Below are positions 46,017 through 58,712 of a stretch of 64,000 bases of DNA, piece by piece. Position numbers and translations under genes: made by a program. The DNA comes from Paraspadella gotoi (lineage: Eukaryota; Animalia; Chaetognatha). The first letter of the stretch is position 1. Every line of letters begins with the position of its first letter. The DNA lies in the NCBI GenBank assembly GCA_051294375.1, contig CM119263.1, forward strand, positions 19,615,377 through 19,679,376, given 5' to 3'. Below the pieces are notes generated by a model, which made no database searches, was not told the origin of the DNA, and saw only the letters and a program-made list of their open reading frames with translations.

Positions 46017-49000
46017 TTAAACAACAGCACAGAGATTACCCAACCCAAGCAACAGCAACAGCAACAGCAATTTACTACAAAGCCCTCCTATACTCAAAAC
46101 TTTCCCTATGGTTTATCCACAGCAGTCTTTTGGCAGGAAAAGTTTCAAAGGGACCAAAGCTATCACAGCAAAGAGTATGTCAATCCAGAGCTAAAATCGC
46201 CTGAACCAGAGTTTTAAAGCTGATAATATGACAACGAACCCAGGCTACAACAGCCAAATGTAAATATGACAAAATCCCAAAATAGCAATGTGGCGACAGA
46301 ATTTGGTTTTTTCAGACGCAGACTAAACCCCTAATTAAAGCCTTCCAGAAAAACAAAGATCAAGGGATCCAAACTACTAGAAATGAGCCTACTAGACATG
46401 ATATGAAAAGCAGGTTTAAGCTTAAAAAAGAAGAAAAGAAAAGTGAAACACTTCAGCAAAGTGTGACAAACCACTGAAAGAATTTCAATGAGCACACAAA
46501 CCTTGTGCTACAAAGGGATATAAGGTTATAGACAGGACATCTCAAAACCACAAAATCCCATCTTTCAACAATGCTACTTAAACATTTTCCTCTTAGCCTT
46601 ATTGATGGGTCAAATGAAACCAAGCAATATCTTGACCAACCTGCAAACAGAAGTTAGCAGTGCACTGTTTAGCAAATTCTTGGCCAGTGCAGACGATAGC
46701 CCAGGCTTAGCATCCAGCGACAAGCAAATGATGAGATGCTTTATGTTGTTGAATTATGTTGTTAACAAAATGATAAGAAATTGATGAGTCTACACTATGC
46801 CCACCTGGAGTTGCAGCAATTGTAAAAGTGAGAAGATGTGGAGGGCTTTCAAGAATTAGTTTCACTTGGAAATTTGTCATCTGTTAGGCATTCACAATCA
46901 GGCAACAATAGAGGAGCAGAGCAAGCCCTTTTGCAATCGGTACTACTGGAGACCAGGTGATTGCCTCTGGAAACCAAACCCCTGGAAAGAAAATGGACCG
47001 TGTTCATGCTCCTCCCTCATCAAAATAGAATAGAACATAAGGCACACTTCAGCAAATAGTTTTTTTTTTTCCAGGCAATGTAGGTCAGAGGGCCCCTGAA
47101 TCTGCATTCGTGACATTGCGACCGCGAGACGTCTCCCAACAGTGCCACACATTCACTTTTTCTGTCATAAAAGACACGCCACAAACACAGATTTTGGTAG
47201 CTATATTCAAATTTGATTCATGAGGAGCAAAAGCCCTCACTTTTCAATGATACATTGAATGAGTCATTAAGCTCATGAACTCAGATTTCGATTTTTGAAA
47301 ATTTGATTCAATATTTACCCTATGAGGAGAAAATGCCTCATTCTTCATTAAATCTCTATGAATAGTTTCTAGAATTCATCATTTTGCCTGAAAAGTGAAA
47401 TTCAAGCCTGTAACTTGATATGGAATTGAGATGGAATTCTCATACTTGAGGATGATGACAAGTTTGCCTTTTACGTCTGCTCTAGTTTTTGGCAATGCTG
47501 CTAACCGCCTTTCTGGGTTTAGATGAAGTTTCATTCTTATCTATTCCTTTAGCTTTCTTGAGAGTAATAGCTTTGTTTTTGTAATTGTTTTTGTTGTTAA
47601 TGGAAAGAATTTGCCTGGACTCTCTCCTTCCATCTGCCATCATCTGCCGAGGCACCAGCCTGCTTCACAAAGACAAAGATCCCCCTCTGAATGCCCAAAT
47701 CGTCTGGTTTGAAAAATTTGTGTCCCATTGCACTGTAATGATATGTTTTGCTGTCACTAAACAAAAACTGCCGGCCATAAAGGTGGAGGTGCCTTGCTAA
47801 CATTAGCTTTTTGTGCGCCGGAATAGCTTATAGTTATCAAACCTCTCTGCCCACAACCCTAAGACAAATTAAAAAAAGAAAAAGAATAAAAATTATAGTA
47901 GCTTTTTTTTTTAAATTTTATTATTCATCCGTTTTGCTTTTTTACCGCTGATGATTATATTGCTTGAATTCACACAGCTTTATAAGTATGATCATTACTG
48001 TTTTTTTAAAAATGCTGATAATTAATGGACGTTCTTGTATTTTTTTATTTTTCCATAACGTCCACATTATTATTAAAGTTTTTATCATTGTATTTTGCGG
48101 CTACTGCTGATGCCAATTTTCTCTACAGTGATTCTTTTAATATTTAGTTAATTTTTTTTTACATCAGCCTTTATTGAGTTTTTGGTTACTAGAGCTGATG
48201 AATAATATTATTTATTTTTGTACTTTGACATCAGCATTTTTCTATTTCCATTATATTTTGCCTCACTGTTGTTTCCATTACCTCCAAAATAATTCCTTTA
48301 AATTTCTGTAAATATTTTTTACATTCAGCTTAATCACAGGTTCATTTGCTTAGTATTTAGAGATTTTTTTTTACAGCTGATGATATATGAACTTCTTTTA
48401 TTTTTTCTTACTTTTCAATGTCATCAGCGTTACATATTCCTTATTAATTACTATTTACCCGTAGATTACCATCCCCAGTCAATGTGTCTCTGTAATGTCC
48501 AGTCAAAGAGCTCCTTTCCCAAGAGTCTCAGTTAGGTTGTTATTCTTCCCCACCCTTAGTTCCACACGATGCCACTCAGTGACATTCGAGGTCACAGTGT
48601 GACATCTTTTTCCAAGAGGAGGGCACTCGATCTCTCATCCTCCTCTTCCCTCCCTCTCCCGAGGATCCGTTCCTTTTTAGTACACTCTCCGAGGTTCTCG
48701 AGTTCTACTAACTTCCTTCTTTTCTAATACTTTTTCCGGCCAGGGACTTTTCCTGAATAAACATTACCGTTGCGATATAAGTCTTCTTCTTCAGGTAATA
48801 TTTGTGACGTTGGTTGGCGTGAAAGTGATCTGTTTGTGAACAATGAGTGTGAGTGAAGTTAGTAGATTAAAATCGAAGAGAGATCGCCTTTTGATGCAGC
48901 GGAGCAGACGCCAAGATAGAGAGTATGAGATAGAGAATAGAGGCTGGAGACAGAAGACAAGACGGAAGAAAAGAAGAAAACAATTTCTTTAAAATGAAGA

Positions 49001-52000
49001 ACATAAAGATGGCGGTCACGTGTTTTTTTTTTAAACGAGCGATATAATCTATGGGACTATCAGTGAATAAAGTTCCAATTTGCTTTTTGTAGTTTTTTTT
49101 CAATATTCAAATAACATAACTGTCACATAATATAAGGATTTTGCTCCATCCACTTCGCCCGCGATTCTTCCTTTAAAATTCTTCGTTTGACTTTAACTGA
49201 GCAGAAGTTTTCTCTTTAAAGAAGAAGAAAATCGTCTGGCGCGGATTAGGGGGGGGAGGGAGGGGAGGGGGGGGAGGGAGGTGGGGGAGGGAGGAATGAT
49301 GGGCGGGGGAGGATAAAACGTGTTTTTCATTCTTCAGAAATTTCTTGATGTTTATGGCGAAATCAAGGCGCTACAAACACTTTCTGTTTGTAATAATTTG
49401 CTAGTAAAATTTTCTTCATTCCCTCTTTTGTTCTGTATATAACCTTTGTCAAACTAAGCTAATACTAAAACTTTCAATTTTTCGTTAAAAATTTCGACAA
49501 AAAAACCGAGTCCATTACTGTCTTTGTTTCGAAAGACAATAACCGTCAAACCAGAGAAAGAATTAGAAACCATAAGAACGGGCGAATGGCCAAACATAAT
49601 GTAGCAGTCGTAAGTCGCTACAAGGAAGAAAAGAACTAATACGATAAAACAAGGCAGTGAAAAAGAAATTACGTTCGGACGAAAGAATGAGAGAGAGAGA
49701 GANNNNNNNNNNNNNNNNNNNNNNNNNNNNNNNNNNNNNNNNNNNNNNNNNNNNNNNNNNNNNNNNNNNNNNNNNNNNNNNNNNNNNNNNNNNNNNNNNN
49801 NNNNNNNNNNNNNNNNNNNNNNNNNNNNNNNNNNNNNNNNNNNNAGAGAGAGAGAGAGAGAGAGAGAGAAACGAGAAAGAGGGAAAGAAAAACGAAAATG
49901 GCGGAAAATATTATCGTCATAAAAAAGATTCGGAAGAACAAAGGAGCATCGTAAAGCGAGGACGGCGACGCGCGCCTCGCCGCGGAAGACGACGTAATTA
50001 ATGACACAATAATGACTCATTTTTAACGATTATAACCTCGACGACGGAGATGGACAAAAAAAGTGGGGAAATCCGGGGATGAGAGATTTTTTTCCTCAGA
50101 ATTGTTGTATTTTTTTTTTTTTTGAAAAGCACTCGGCGTTAAATCGAGAATTTGTTCTGCTTGTGAACTCGGAATTTAATTTGCATAATCTAAGTCGATT
50201 CCTTTCCGTGTATCAGTTGATTAATCGGCATCCGGGTTTTTTTTTACTCCCGCGCTTTTTTTCTCTCCCTCTCTGTTTCTCTAGCTTTTTTTGTCTCACT
50301 TTCTCTCTCTCTCTCTCTCTCTCGTCGGCTTTTTTTCTCCCTCTCTGTTTCTCCTAGCTTTTGTCTCACTTTTCTCCTCTCTCTCTCTCTCCTCTCTCTC
50401 AGCGCATCTCTCTGTCTGCTCCATCTCTCCTCATCTCTCTCTCTCTCTCTCTCTTTAATTCTTTTCATCCTCTGCAATTCATTTTTTTATCTTCACTCCC
50501 GATTTTCAACTTCTGAATTAAAATTCGAACCAATTTACCCAATTTCTCATGCGACGAGAAATCTTTTTCCTCATCTCTCTCTCGTCTCTCTCTCGCGAGG
50601 CATATGGTTGACTTCCTCTCCACTATCTCGACGCTGATTGGTCCAGGCCCGAGCGACTCAGCCGCGGGACTTTCGCTCTGCGCGGAGTAAGTCCCGCTCC
50701 TGAATTCGCTCGAGTCTTCGCCGCGAATGAAGAGGATTTCTTTCCTCTCTCCTCTGTTTTCGCTCCTCTTCTCGATCCTCATTCGCGGGCTCTAACTCCT
50801 CGATCTTCGGGAGAACATTTATGACTGTCTCATGTGACAAATATTTTTTTCCAATGTGCCAATTTCAAAAAGCTAGGGAAAAACTAACTTTACCAAAAGC
50901 AAATGTCATGCGGTTAGAGGAATTTTCTGAAGAATCTTATAAAAAAATTTACTAAAAAAGATTAAGTTACTGTTTGTAATGTCTGACTATAAGTTTTAAC
51001 AAAGCAAATGACTGGAGAGAATCATATGTGTATTTATTTCTATCCTTATTAAAATATCTATGTCGCATAATTAAAAAGTATTTAAAATATTATTCATGAC
51101 AAATAAAAATATCAAGTTATTTTTTTTCAATAACATTTAAATAATAATATGCTTAGGCTTAAATTAAAGCTTAATCACGTTACTCTCTCTCCAGCCAGTC
51201 TGGACTGGTCAAGTTTTCTCCTGCTTTTGTCTGGGATGCTGAATAGTGTTTTTAGAGGGTCGCAATTCAGAGAAGCCGCAAACAACCAAAACCGGCTAAA
51301 AAGTAAAACAAAGTTTATTCTATAATGTCATCCAGACTGTGCTTTAAATAGTTATGCAGGTAAACACGCCATTGATAAGTAAAATTAATAAAAATATAGT
51401 AATTGACTTTCATTTTAAATATTATTAGACTCAGCTTTTTGAATACATTGTTAATTTGATGAAGGCTGGACTAAAGCTGAAACATGTCCTGTTTTTTATG
51501 TCTAATACAAAAAATCGTTTGTACACAATAAATAATGTTTTCTCAAGATAAAATAACTAAAAGCAAACAAGTATTGAAAGAGAAACATTATAATTATATG
51601 CTGTTATTGACATGAATTTTTCCAAAATTTGTTATAGAAACTGTTTTTAATTATTTTTCCATCAGATAAAATTTGACAAAAAATATATACAACTATAAAT
51701 ATAAACTAGTACAGACCAATAGAATAAAATTATTCATTCTAATAAAAATTGTAGAAAAAAGTAGAAAAAAGTATCAATCACCGTGCCGCTAGTCCGTTGT
51801 AAGGGGAAAACTCGGTGACAATTAATGCTGATGCTTTATTTAGTTTATTGCCAGATCATAAACGGCAATCTCTCTCAATTTGATTTAAACTCTTTCTTCT
51901 TCTTAAAAACTTCTTAGTCTTTAGTGCATTAAAGTAAAAAATAACTTAATTTCCTTTTTTTAAATAATATAAATGTAATTCATAATTAGGTAATGCTCAA

Positions 52001-52740
52001 TAATGAGTGCAAATGCCAATGACGATTTTTAAAGATTAAAAAACACAATGCCGGAAAAAGCCGCTGAAAATCACTTCTAAAAAAAACACTGTTTGAAAAT
52101 AAATTCTCTAAAACACAACACAGACTACTGAAGGGCTACTCTGAACTGAACTGGAACACAGGTATACAACTAAACCGAGTCTTAAATATCTTTTCTCACT
52201 AGTCATTCCCAAAAGCCGGAGGAGCCCGCATAACTTACAAATATCCGCGTTCGAGCGAAATCTTAGTTACAATCTTTTAACTTTCATTGGATTGTGGTAT
52301 AAAGTAAGGGCTTCAATACGACTTTTATCGAATAAATATTATCTAATATTTTTTGGGTTACGAGTAAATCCATTTTTAACAACATTCATTTGAATAAATC
52401 TTAAAATACTGGTTGTTATTTTGAGGATAAAGAAAAATTATTGTAAAAGAGTGAAAGAAAAACTAAGAGAAACCTTAGGAGAGAGAGAGAAAAAGAGCCT
52501 GAGCGGTATTTTGTGAGTCATTCGCAGCCCTAGACCCACGACGATCGCCCGTCGGGTAGAGAAAGGAAGAGGAATCTCGCTCATTTTTACGAGAGTCACC
52601 GACGCGGATGACCTCCGACCCTTCGACCAGGGCGGTAAAGAGAGTAAGGAAGCAGAAGGAGAGGAAGCCTTTTGGTCGTCTCGCGGCTGCGGTCGATTGT
52701 CGACCAAACCCCATGCTCTCTCCCTCTCTTTTCTCTCTCT

Positions 52741-52773
<33 letters not shown>

Positions 52774-52777
52774 CTCT

Positions 52778-52811
<34 letters not shown>

Positions 52812-53042
52812 TCCTCCCTCTCCTCTCATACAGCGGGTGCCACAAGGAACTTGGTGCCATTTTGGCGCCCGAGAAATGGCACCAACTTAGGTTTTATTTA
52901 AATCGCTTCGTATGTGATTGATTTCACTGTCGCAGCGTAAAAATTTTGTCGTCGTCGTTTCTTTTATTTGATGCTAAAATGATACACAAATGAGAAATTA
53001 GGATAAGTAGAATAAAGATAGAGAGAGAGGGCAAGAGAGAGA

Positions 53043-53119
<77 letters not shown>

Positions 53120-53233
53120 GAGGGAGACATAGAGCGATCTTATTTCTTCCAAGGGTTTCGTTTTTTTCTTGGTTCTTTTTCTTTTCGTTACTAAAAAATA
53201 ATTCTGCGAAGAAACGATGACTTATTACCGAAG

Positions 53234-53305
53234 GAAAGGGATGCAGAAGGGGTTGTGTGAAAGGGATGTAGAAGAGGTTGCGTGAAAGGGATGTATGAAG
53301 GGGTT
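53234..53305. repeat. 25-bp minisatellite, about 3 copies
   Basis: gaaagggatgYagaagRggttgYgt repeated. Confidence 0.88.
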
Positions 53306-54465
53306 AGGAGGTAGAAAACTTACGAGGAAAGGAGCAGAGGAAATAGAGGAAAAAATAGAGGAAGAAAGATGAGAAAGACGTAGGATAATCAAAGAAAAGG
53401 AAAGGGAAGAAAAGAAGCAAAGAAAAAAAGGGGATAGGGAGAATAGGGAGTAAGAAAAGAGTGGGAATTGGAGGTAAGAGAAAAGGAGGAAAAGGAAGGA
53501 AAAAGGAGAAGACCAGAGTGAAGCGATTTTGCGGGTTATTACGCGCGTAAAAGAGCGAAAGCTGTTTCAAAAAGAGAGAAATTTTCGAGAAAAGATCGGT
53601 GCCATATCTTTTAGGCTGTAATCCACCGCTTCGGGTATTTTAGACAATGATTTTGAAATTCGGAATAACTATCAATTTATTTCACTCCCACCTGATAAAT
53701 TATATGGAGTCTTCAGTTATAAAAACCGGTGGCTATAGTTTATCTTTTCTCTTATAACTCGGAGCACACTAGTTGAAATTCTAATGCCTTTCAAAATACC
53801 GGTAAGACCATGATTCTTCAATCAAATCTCGTTATCTGCTAATTTAAGAAAGAAGTACAAATGCGATTTTCATGGTAAGCACAACTTTTAAAGATAAATT
53901 GGCTCATAGGAAATTAGCGTCAATCAGATTCACAGAACTCGTCTTCAGGATAAAGATGACACTTAATCTTTTAATTTTTTCATCTCCTTTTTCTTTGTTC
54001 CTTCTTTTTCTCCCTCCTGTCACTCTCTCTTTCCTTCCTCAATCCCTTTCTCTCATCCTTTCTCCTTTCTCCCTCTCTGTCAGCTCTCTCTCACTCTTCT
54101 TCCCTCCTTCAATCCTTCTCTCATCCCTTTCTCTCTCTTCCCTCTCTTTTGCCCTTTTTTAATTTATATTTTTCTTCCTTCTTACTCTGCTTTCTCTTTC
54201 TCTTCTCTTCGGTCTCTCTCTCTTTTACTCGTAACTTTCAAATCCCAATTGCCTCTCCCTCTAAGAAGCCCTGCCCTCTTATTTTCACACCACGTCTTTC
54301 TCGCTCCACTTCTCTTTTTCTCTTGTTGTCGCTTATTTTCTAGACGTGACCAAATAATATTTTAATAGTTTTTTTGTTAAAGAACTGTAAGTAAAATAAT
54401 AATTTGGGGTATTGCGCATATTGATTATTTTTCAATTTGTTGGTTGCTCGTAGCAGATTCTAGTA

Positions 54466-54512
54466 AATCGACAGATTTGCTGGAAAAATATTTTCCCGCA
54501 AATCTGTCGATT
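54466..54512. repeat. Near-perfect palindrome/hairpin
   Basis: aatcgacagatttgc (54466-54480) pairs perfectly with gcaaatctgtcgatt (54498-54512). After one mismatch, ggaaaa/ttttcc closes a 3-nt loop. Confidence 0.9.
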
Positions 54513-55475
54513 CTCAGAAAAAATAGTCCTGCGCTGCGGTTCCATGGGCTTTTATAAAGGATGCGGTTTTTTCTTTGCTGATAAATATCATTACGTCAAG
54601 TAATGTAACCTTCACATGCCTAAAACTAATAAATGCGAGTTGAAAAATATTCTCTTTAATTCAAAAAATAAATGGCAGTCACAAAAAAGTTCACAAATAA
54701 AAAAACGTCTTTAAAAATATTTTGTGGCTAAACCAAAAAAAGTTTTTTTGATAATTTTATAGGTGTTAAAAAAGCTTATTCAATGCTGCTAATAATTTTA
54801 TGTTAATTTAAACCAATTGGAAACAATTTTCGTTTAACAAATTAATGAATAAAAACAGAAATGAAACTTTTTGATCTTGTTCAACCTTTAATATTAATTC
54901 ATAGGCAACTATAAATGATTTAAGGAAATAAATAACCAGAGGTAAGAAAGATAAGGAAGAACGGATTTCCAAAGTAACAATTTTTTCCAGACTTCCTTGG
55001 CACTCTAATCAGAAGACGCAGAAGTGAAAATGACAAAAATGGACATGATTTTTTTTACCTAAAATTATAGAAAAAATTCTGTACTTTGTTATCATTAGAC
55101 AACAGGTGGAGATGATTTTAAACCAATCCTTAGTGTCTGAGCCCCAATTTGTATTGTGGTAGCAAGATTAAAATTAATATTGTAATAAACAACTGAACAA
55201 TATTGGAAAAGTGGTTTTTTTGCTAATTCGGCCGTCTGTAAGGGCGGAACCTTACTTTTCTCCGTTTATATAATCTCTCTCTCTCTCTCTCTCCTCTCTC
55301 TTCTCTCTCTCTCTCTTCTCTCTTCTTTCTCTCCTCTCTTTTCTCTCTCTCCTCTTTCTCTCTCTCTCTCTCTTCTTCTCTCTCTCTCTTTCTCCTCTCT
55401 CTCTCTCCATCTCACTCTCTCTCTCTCTCTCTCCTCTCACTTCTTCTCACTCACCACTCTCTCTCTCTCTCTCCT

Positions 55476-55511
<36 letters not shown>

Positions 55512-55778
55512 CTCTCTTCTACCCTCTCTCTTTCTCCCGTCCCTCCCTCCCTCTCCTCCTTTCCATAGATTCGTCCCCACGAATTTTTCTTGTGCGATAA
55601 ATCCGCAAAGGAGAAATCGTTAATCACGCATAATTCTCCTTTAAAAACTCACCAATTCTCACCTTCCTTTTTTTCTCCCCATTTTTTCCTCTCTCAGGAT
55701 TCCGAGTGATTTTCTCCCCGTCGACATCGACTAGAACCCTTGGTCTTTCAAGTTGCATCCGGATGTGAGCGCGCGGCC

Positions 55779-55913
55779 ATGGCCTGGATGTCGTTGAATT
55801 GGCCGGCGTCGGTCTTCGCCTTTTGTTATTTGAGTGTTTTCGTCCTTTGGTCGGCAGATGGACTTCATCTTGATGGAACTCCAAAGACTTTCGTCAAGTA
55901 TCCAAAATGGCAG
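55779..55913 (+). CDS. nrxn: Alpha-neurexin, first coding exon (signal peptide and start of LNS1/laminin-G domain)
   Basis: ATG in strong Kozak context (gcggccATGG). Translation MAWMSLNWPASVFAFCYLSVFVLWSADGLHLDGTPKTFVKYPKWQ is a hydrophobic signal peptide followed by L-D-G...Y-P-K-W, as at the N-terminus of neurexin LNS1 (recalled fly Nrx-1 'FQLDGSQNSFYTFRKW'). Ends at donor CAG|GTGAGG, phase 0. An acceptor (ttttcctctctcag) at 55696-55697 implies the exon starts at 55698 with a 5' UTR portion. Confidence 0.88.
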
Positions 55914-56116
55914 GTGAGGGATAATCTTTACGATATGTCGATAAGTAATATATAAAAGATATGTTTAATGTAAAAATTTAAAATATTCTTCAACGTTTTG
56001 TTGAGAACATTTGAAAATGATCATGATTCGAATTACTTTCAACGCTTATTCCACCGACGACCCAATCCTATCCTTAATCTCCCACCACGTTCTCATTCTC
56101 TACGCCCACTTCCCAG

Positions 56117-56258
56117 GCGTGCCAAAACGGGTCCCTGACGTTTCAGTTCCGTACGGACCGCCAACACGGACTCCTCCTTTACACGGACGACGGTGGACAG
56201 TTCGACTTTTTCGAAATTAGACTCATTCGCGGCGAGGCTGTTGTCAGGCTCAATTTGG
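56117..56258 (+). CDS. nrxn: Alpha-neurexin exon 2 (LNS1/laminin-G)
   Basis: Acceptor cacttcccag|, donor G|GTCAGT, phase 0 to 1. Translation ACQNGSLTFQFRTDRQHGLLLYTDDGGQFDFFEIRLIRGEAVVRLNL(G) closely matches invertebrate neurexin-1 LNS1 as I recall it (NGTLELEFKTEQPNGLVLYTDDGGTYDFFELKLVEGALRLRYNLG). Confidence 0.93.
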
Positions 56259-56635
56259 GTCAGTTCCTTTTTTTTCTCTTTTGAGTGACTGTTGTCGGGC
56301 ACAATGTTGTTAAGCCCATTTTAAATTTGGGCGTGGACTTTCTCAAATAACAGTTGTTGGGCTCAATTTGGTTGAGAACAATTTTATACTGAATGAAGTA
56401 AGAGGGTAAGGCTTATTGCTTTCATAGTATCTACGGTCGGTCGAAATCTAGGTGAGGATTTTTTTCATACTGTTTCTGTTAAGTGTTAACAGTTAACTGT
56501 TACCATTTTAACCTCTTTCAAAACTGTTGTTAGCAGTTATGCTCAATTTTGAATACGTTTGGGGTTGGATAATAAAAAAAATGCCACGGGGAAGAAGAAA
56601 GAGAGAGAAGAGGAGGAGAGAGAGAGGAGAGAGAG

Positions 56636-56674
<39 letters not shown>

Positions 56675-57885
56675 CGTGTGTTGGTTGTGGATGAGTTTTT
56701 TCATTTCTCCCGAAAACCGAGAACCGACTGATTAGGTTATTTTTTTTTTTTTTTTTTTGCGGAGGACGGAATTTGGTCGGGTTTTTCTCAAGTGGGAGGA
56801 GGTAAGGGTCAGGGTTGTCGTTTTCCGGGTAAGACTTCATGAATTACGATGGTATCTGGGTAAGTCTTTCGGAATTCATGGCAGTCGAGAATTAAGCGAG
56901 TGAGGGTTAAGAAGTTCAGTTAATTGAAGTTGAAAGTGGACGATATGATCTTAAGAATCTTGTTTATAATTGAGCGTGAGCGGGAATATAATAAGGCGGA
57001 TTAATGAGCCGGTTAGGTGCCAGTTTAGTTGTGCCATCTTTCCGAATTGGCGCAATATCAGTTGGGTTCTTCGAGGCGGTTGGGTTTCGAATGCGGGTCG
57101 GTGGCTTCGGATGAATTTGATGAACGTCCACGCTTGGCTGACCGCAATCTTTGAAAGAGGCTTACAGAGATTTCCTCGTGGAAGCGTGGAGAAAAAAACT
57201 GTTTAAATACTTTTTATAAGTTTCATCTTATAGAAATTTGAAATAAATACTTGCGCGAATATATTTTTTTTAAATGCATAACGACTTATAAATACGTCTT
57301 AAATTCTTGTCAGTAGTCAATACATAATTACAATCCATATAATTGATTTTTAAATATTTGCATTAATTGGCGCTCGCATGAATTAAAAATCTCGGGATAA
57401 AGAACTCGCGCGCTGTCTCTGATGTTTTAGCGCCATTAAAACAACAAGATCTAATTTAAAAAAATATTCTTGCTAATTTTTTTTCTTTAGCGGAGAGAAA
57501 AAGCGTGTCAGTGGATTATGACTACTATTATGATTACGAAATAGATTCTTCCTATGGTAATCATCGTTTTTTTTTTTTGTTTCCCTTTTTATAATACTAG
57601 CGTATTGACGCGGATCGCGTCACGGTTGCCACGTTTGCCACGTTTGTCACGCCTAATCTTCCTTCAAACTCTCCACCCCACTAATTCGCTTTAATCTCTC
57701 CTCGATCCGATTCTGAGCCGAAAAGAGAAGTCGAGCGACCAAGCCATGCCTTGCAATCTAGTCACTCCCGCGATGCGTCGTCGCAGCAATCATTTAATAA
57801 TTTTGACTCCTCGTATAGTCACTTGTTAACGTGAAAGAATTTTCCGCAGTCAGAAATTCCATTTAACTTTTTAATCATCTCTCTC

Positions 57886-57969
<84 letters not shown>

Positions 57970-58252
57970 TTCTCTACCTCACTTTGCAAAATATTTCAGG
58001 CAATTGTTGGAAACGCGTCTTCGATACTAAACATGAAAATTGGTTCCGCGAAAGTTTCTTTCCGACAGTCGACGTCAATGTTGTTTTCCATCCATCCGTT
58101 TGTCGATCGACACGTTTTACGTTGTTAACGTTGTTACCATTGTTTCAATGGTATTCGTCGACATGGTTTTCTTAAGTTTCCTAGTTTAAAACGTCTTCGC
58201 TATTGTCATCGCGTGAATTCTTTTTGCGAAACATCGTAGTTATTTTTTTTTG

Positions 58253-58291
<39 letters not shown>
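58253..58291. repeat. (GTC)n microsatellite; others at ~3235-3271, 7121-7145, 17508-17536, 60835-60874
   Basis: Directly visible. Confidence 0.95.
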
Positions 58292-58582
58292 CTTTTCCTC
58301 GTCTTCCTTGTCGCCGTTCTCATCAACTGCTTTGTCCATAAAAACTAGCTTCGATTAAAAAAAAAGGGATTTTCCCCCTTTCAAACTTTTCACCGCTAAT
58401 TGTCAAAGGGAATCTCAGGTTTTAAGCCGACGACGACGAGAAAGACGACGACGAGTGCGACGAAAACGACGACGACAGCGACGACGACGAAATGACAACG
58501 ACGAAAGAGAACGAAAAAGTCAACCCCGTTGAAATTTCCTCAGGTCCCTCGGTAAACTTTTGAGACTCTTGATTTAATCCTC

Positions 58583-58712
<130 letters not shown>

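Noticed and set aside
49249-49310. G-quadruplex-forming run
   Set aside because: Purine-rich low-complexity runs are common throughout this window, and nothing marks this one as functional.
45064-53305. CRISPR-like array from the 59-bp and 25-bp repeats
   Set aside because: They are head-to-tail tandems without unique spacers, in a eukaryotic context with no cas genes.
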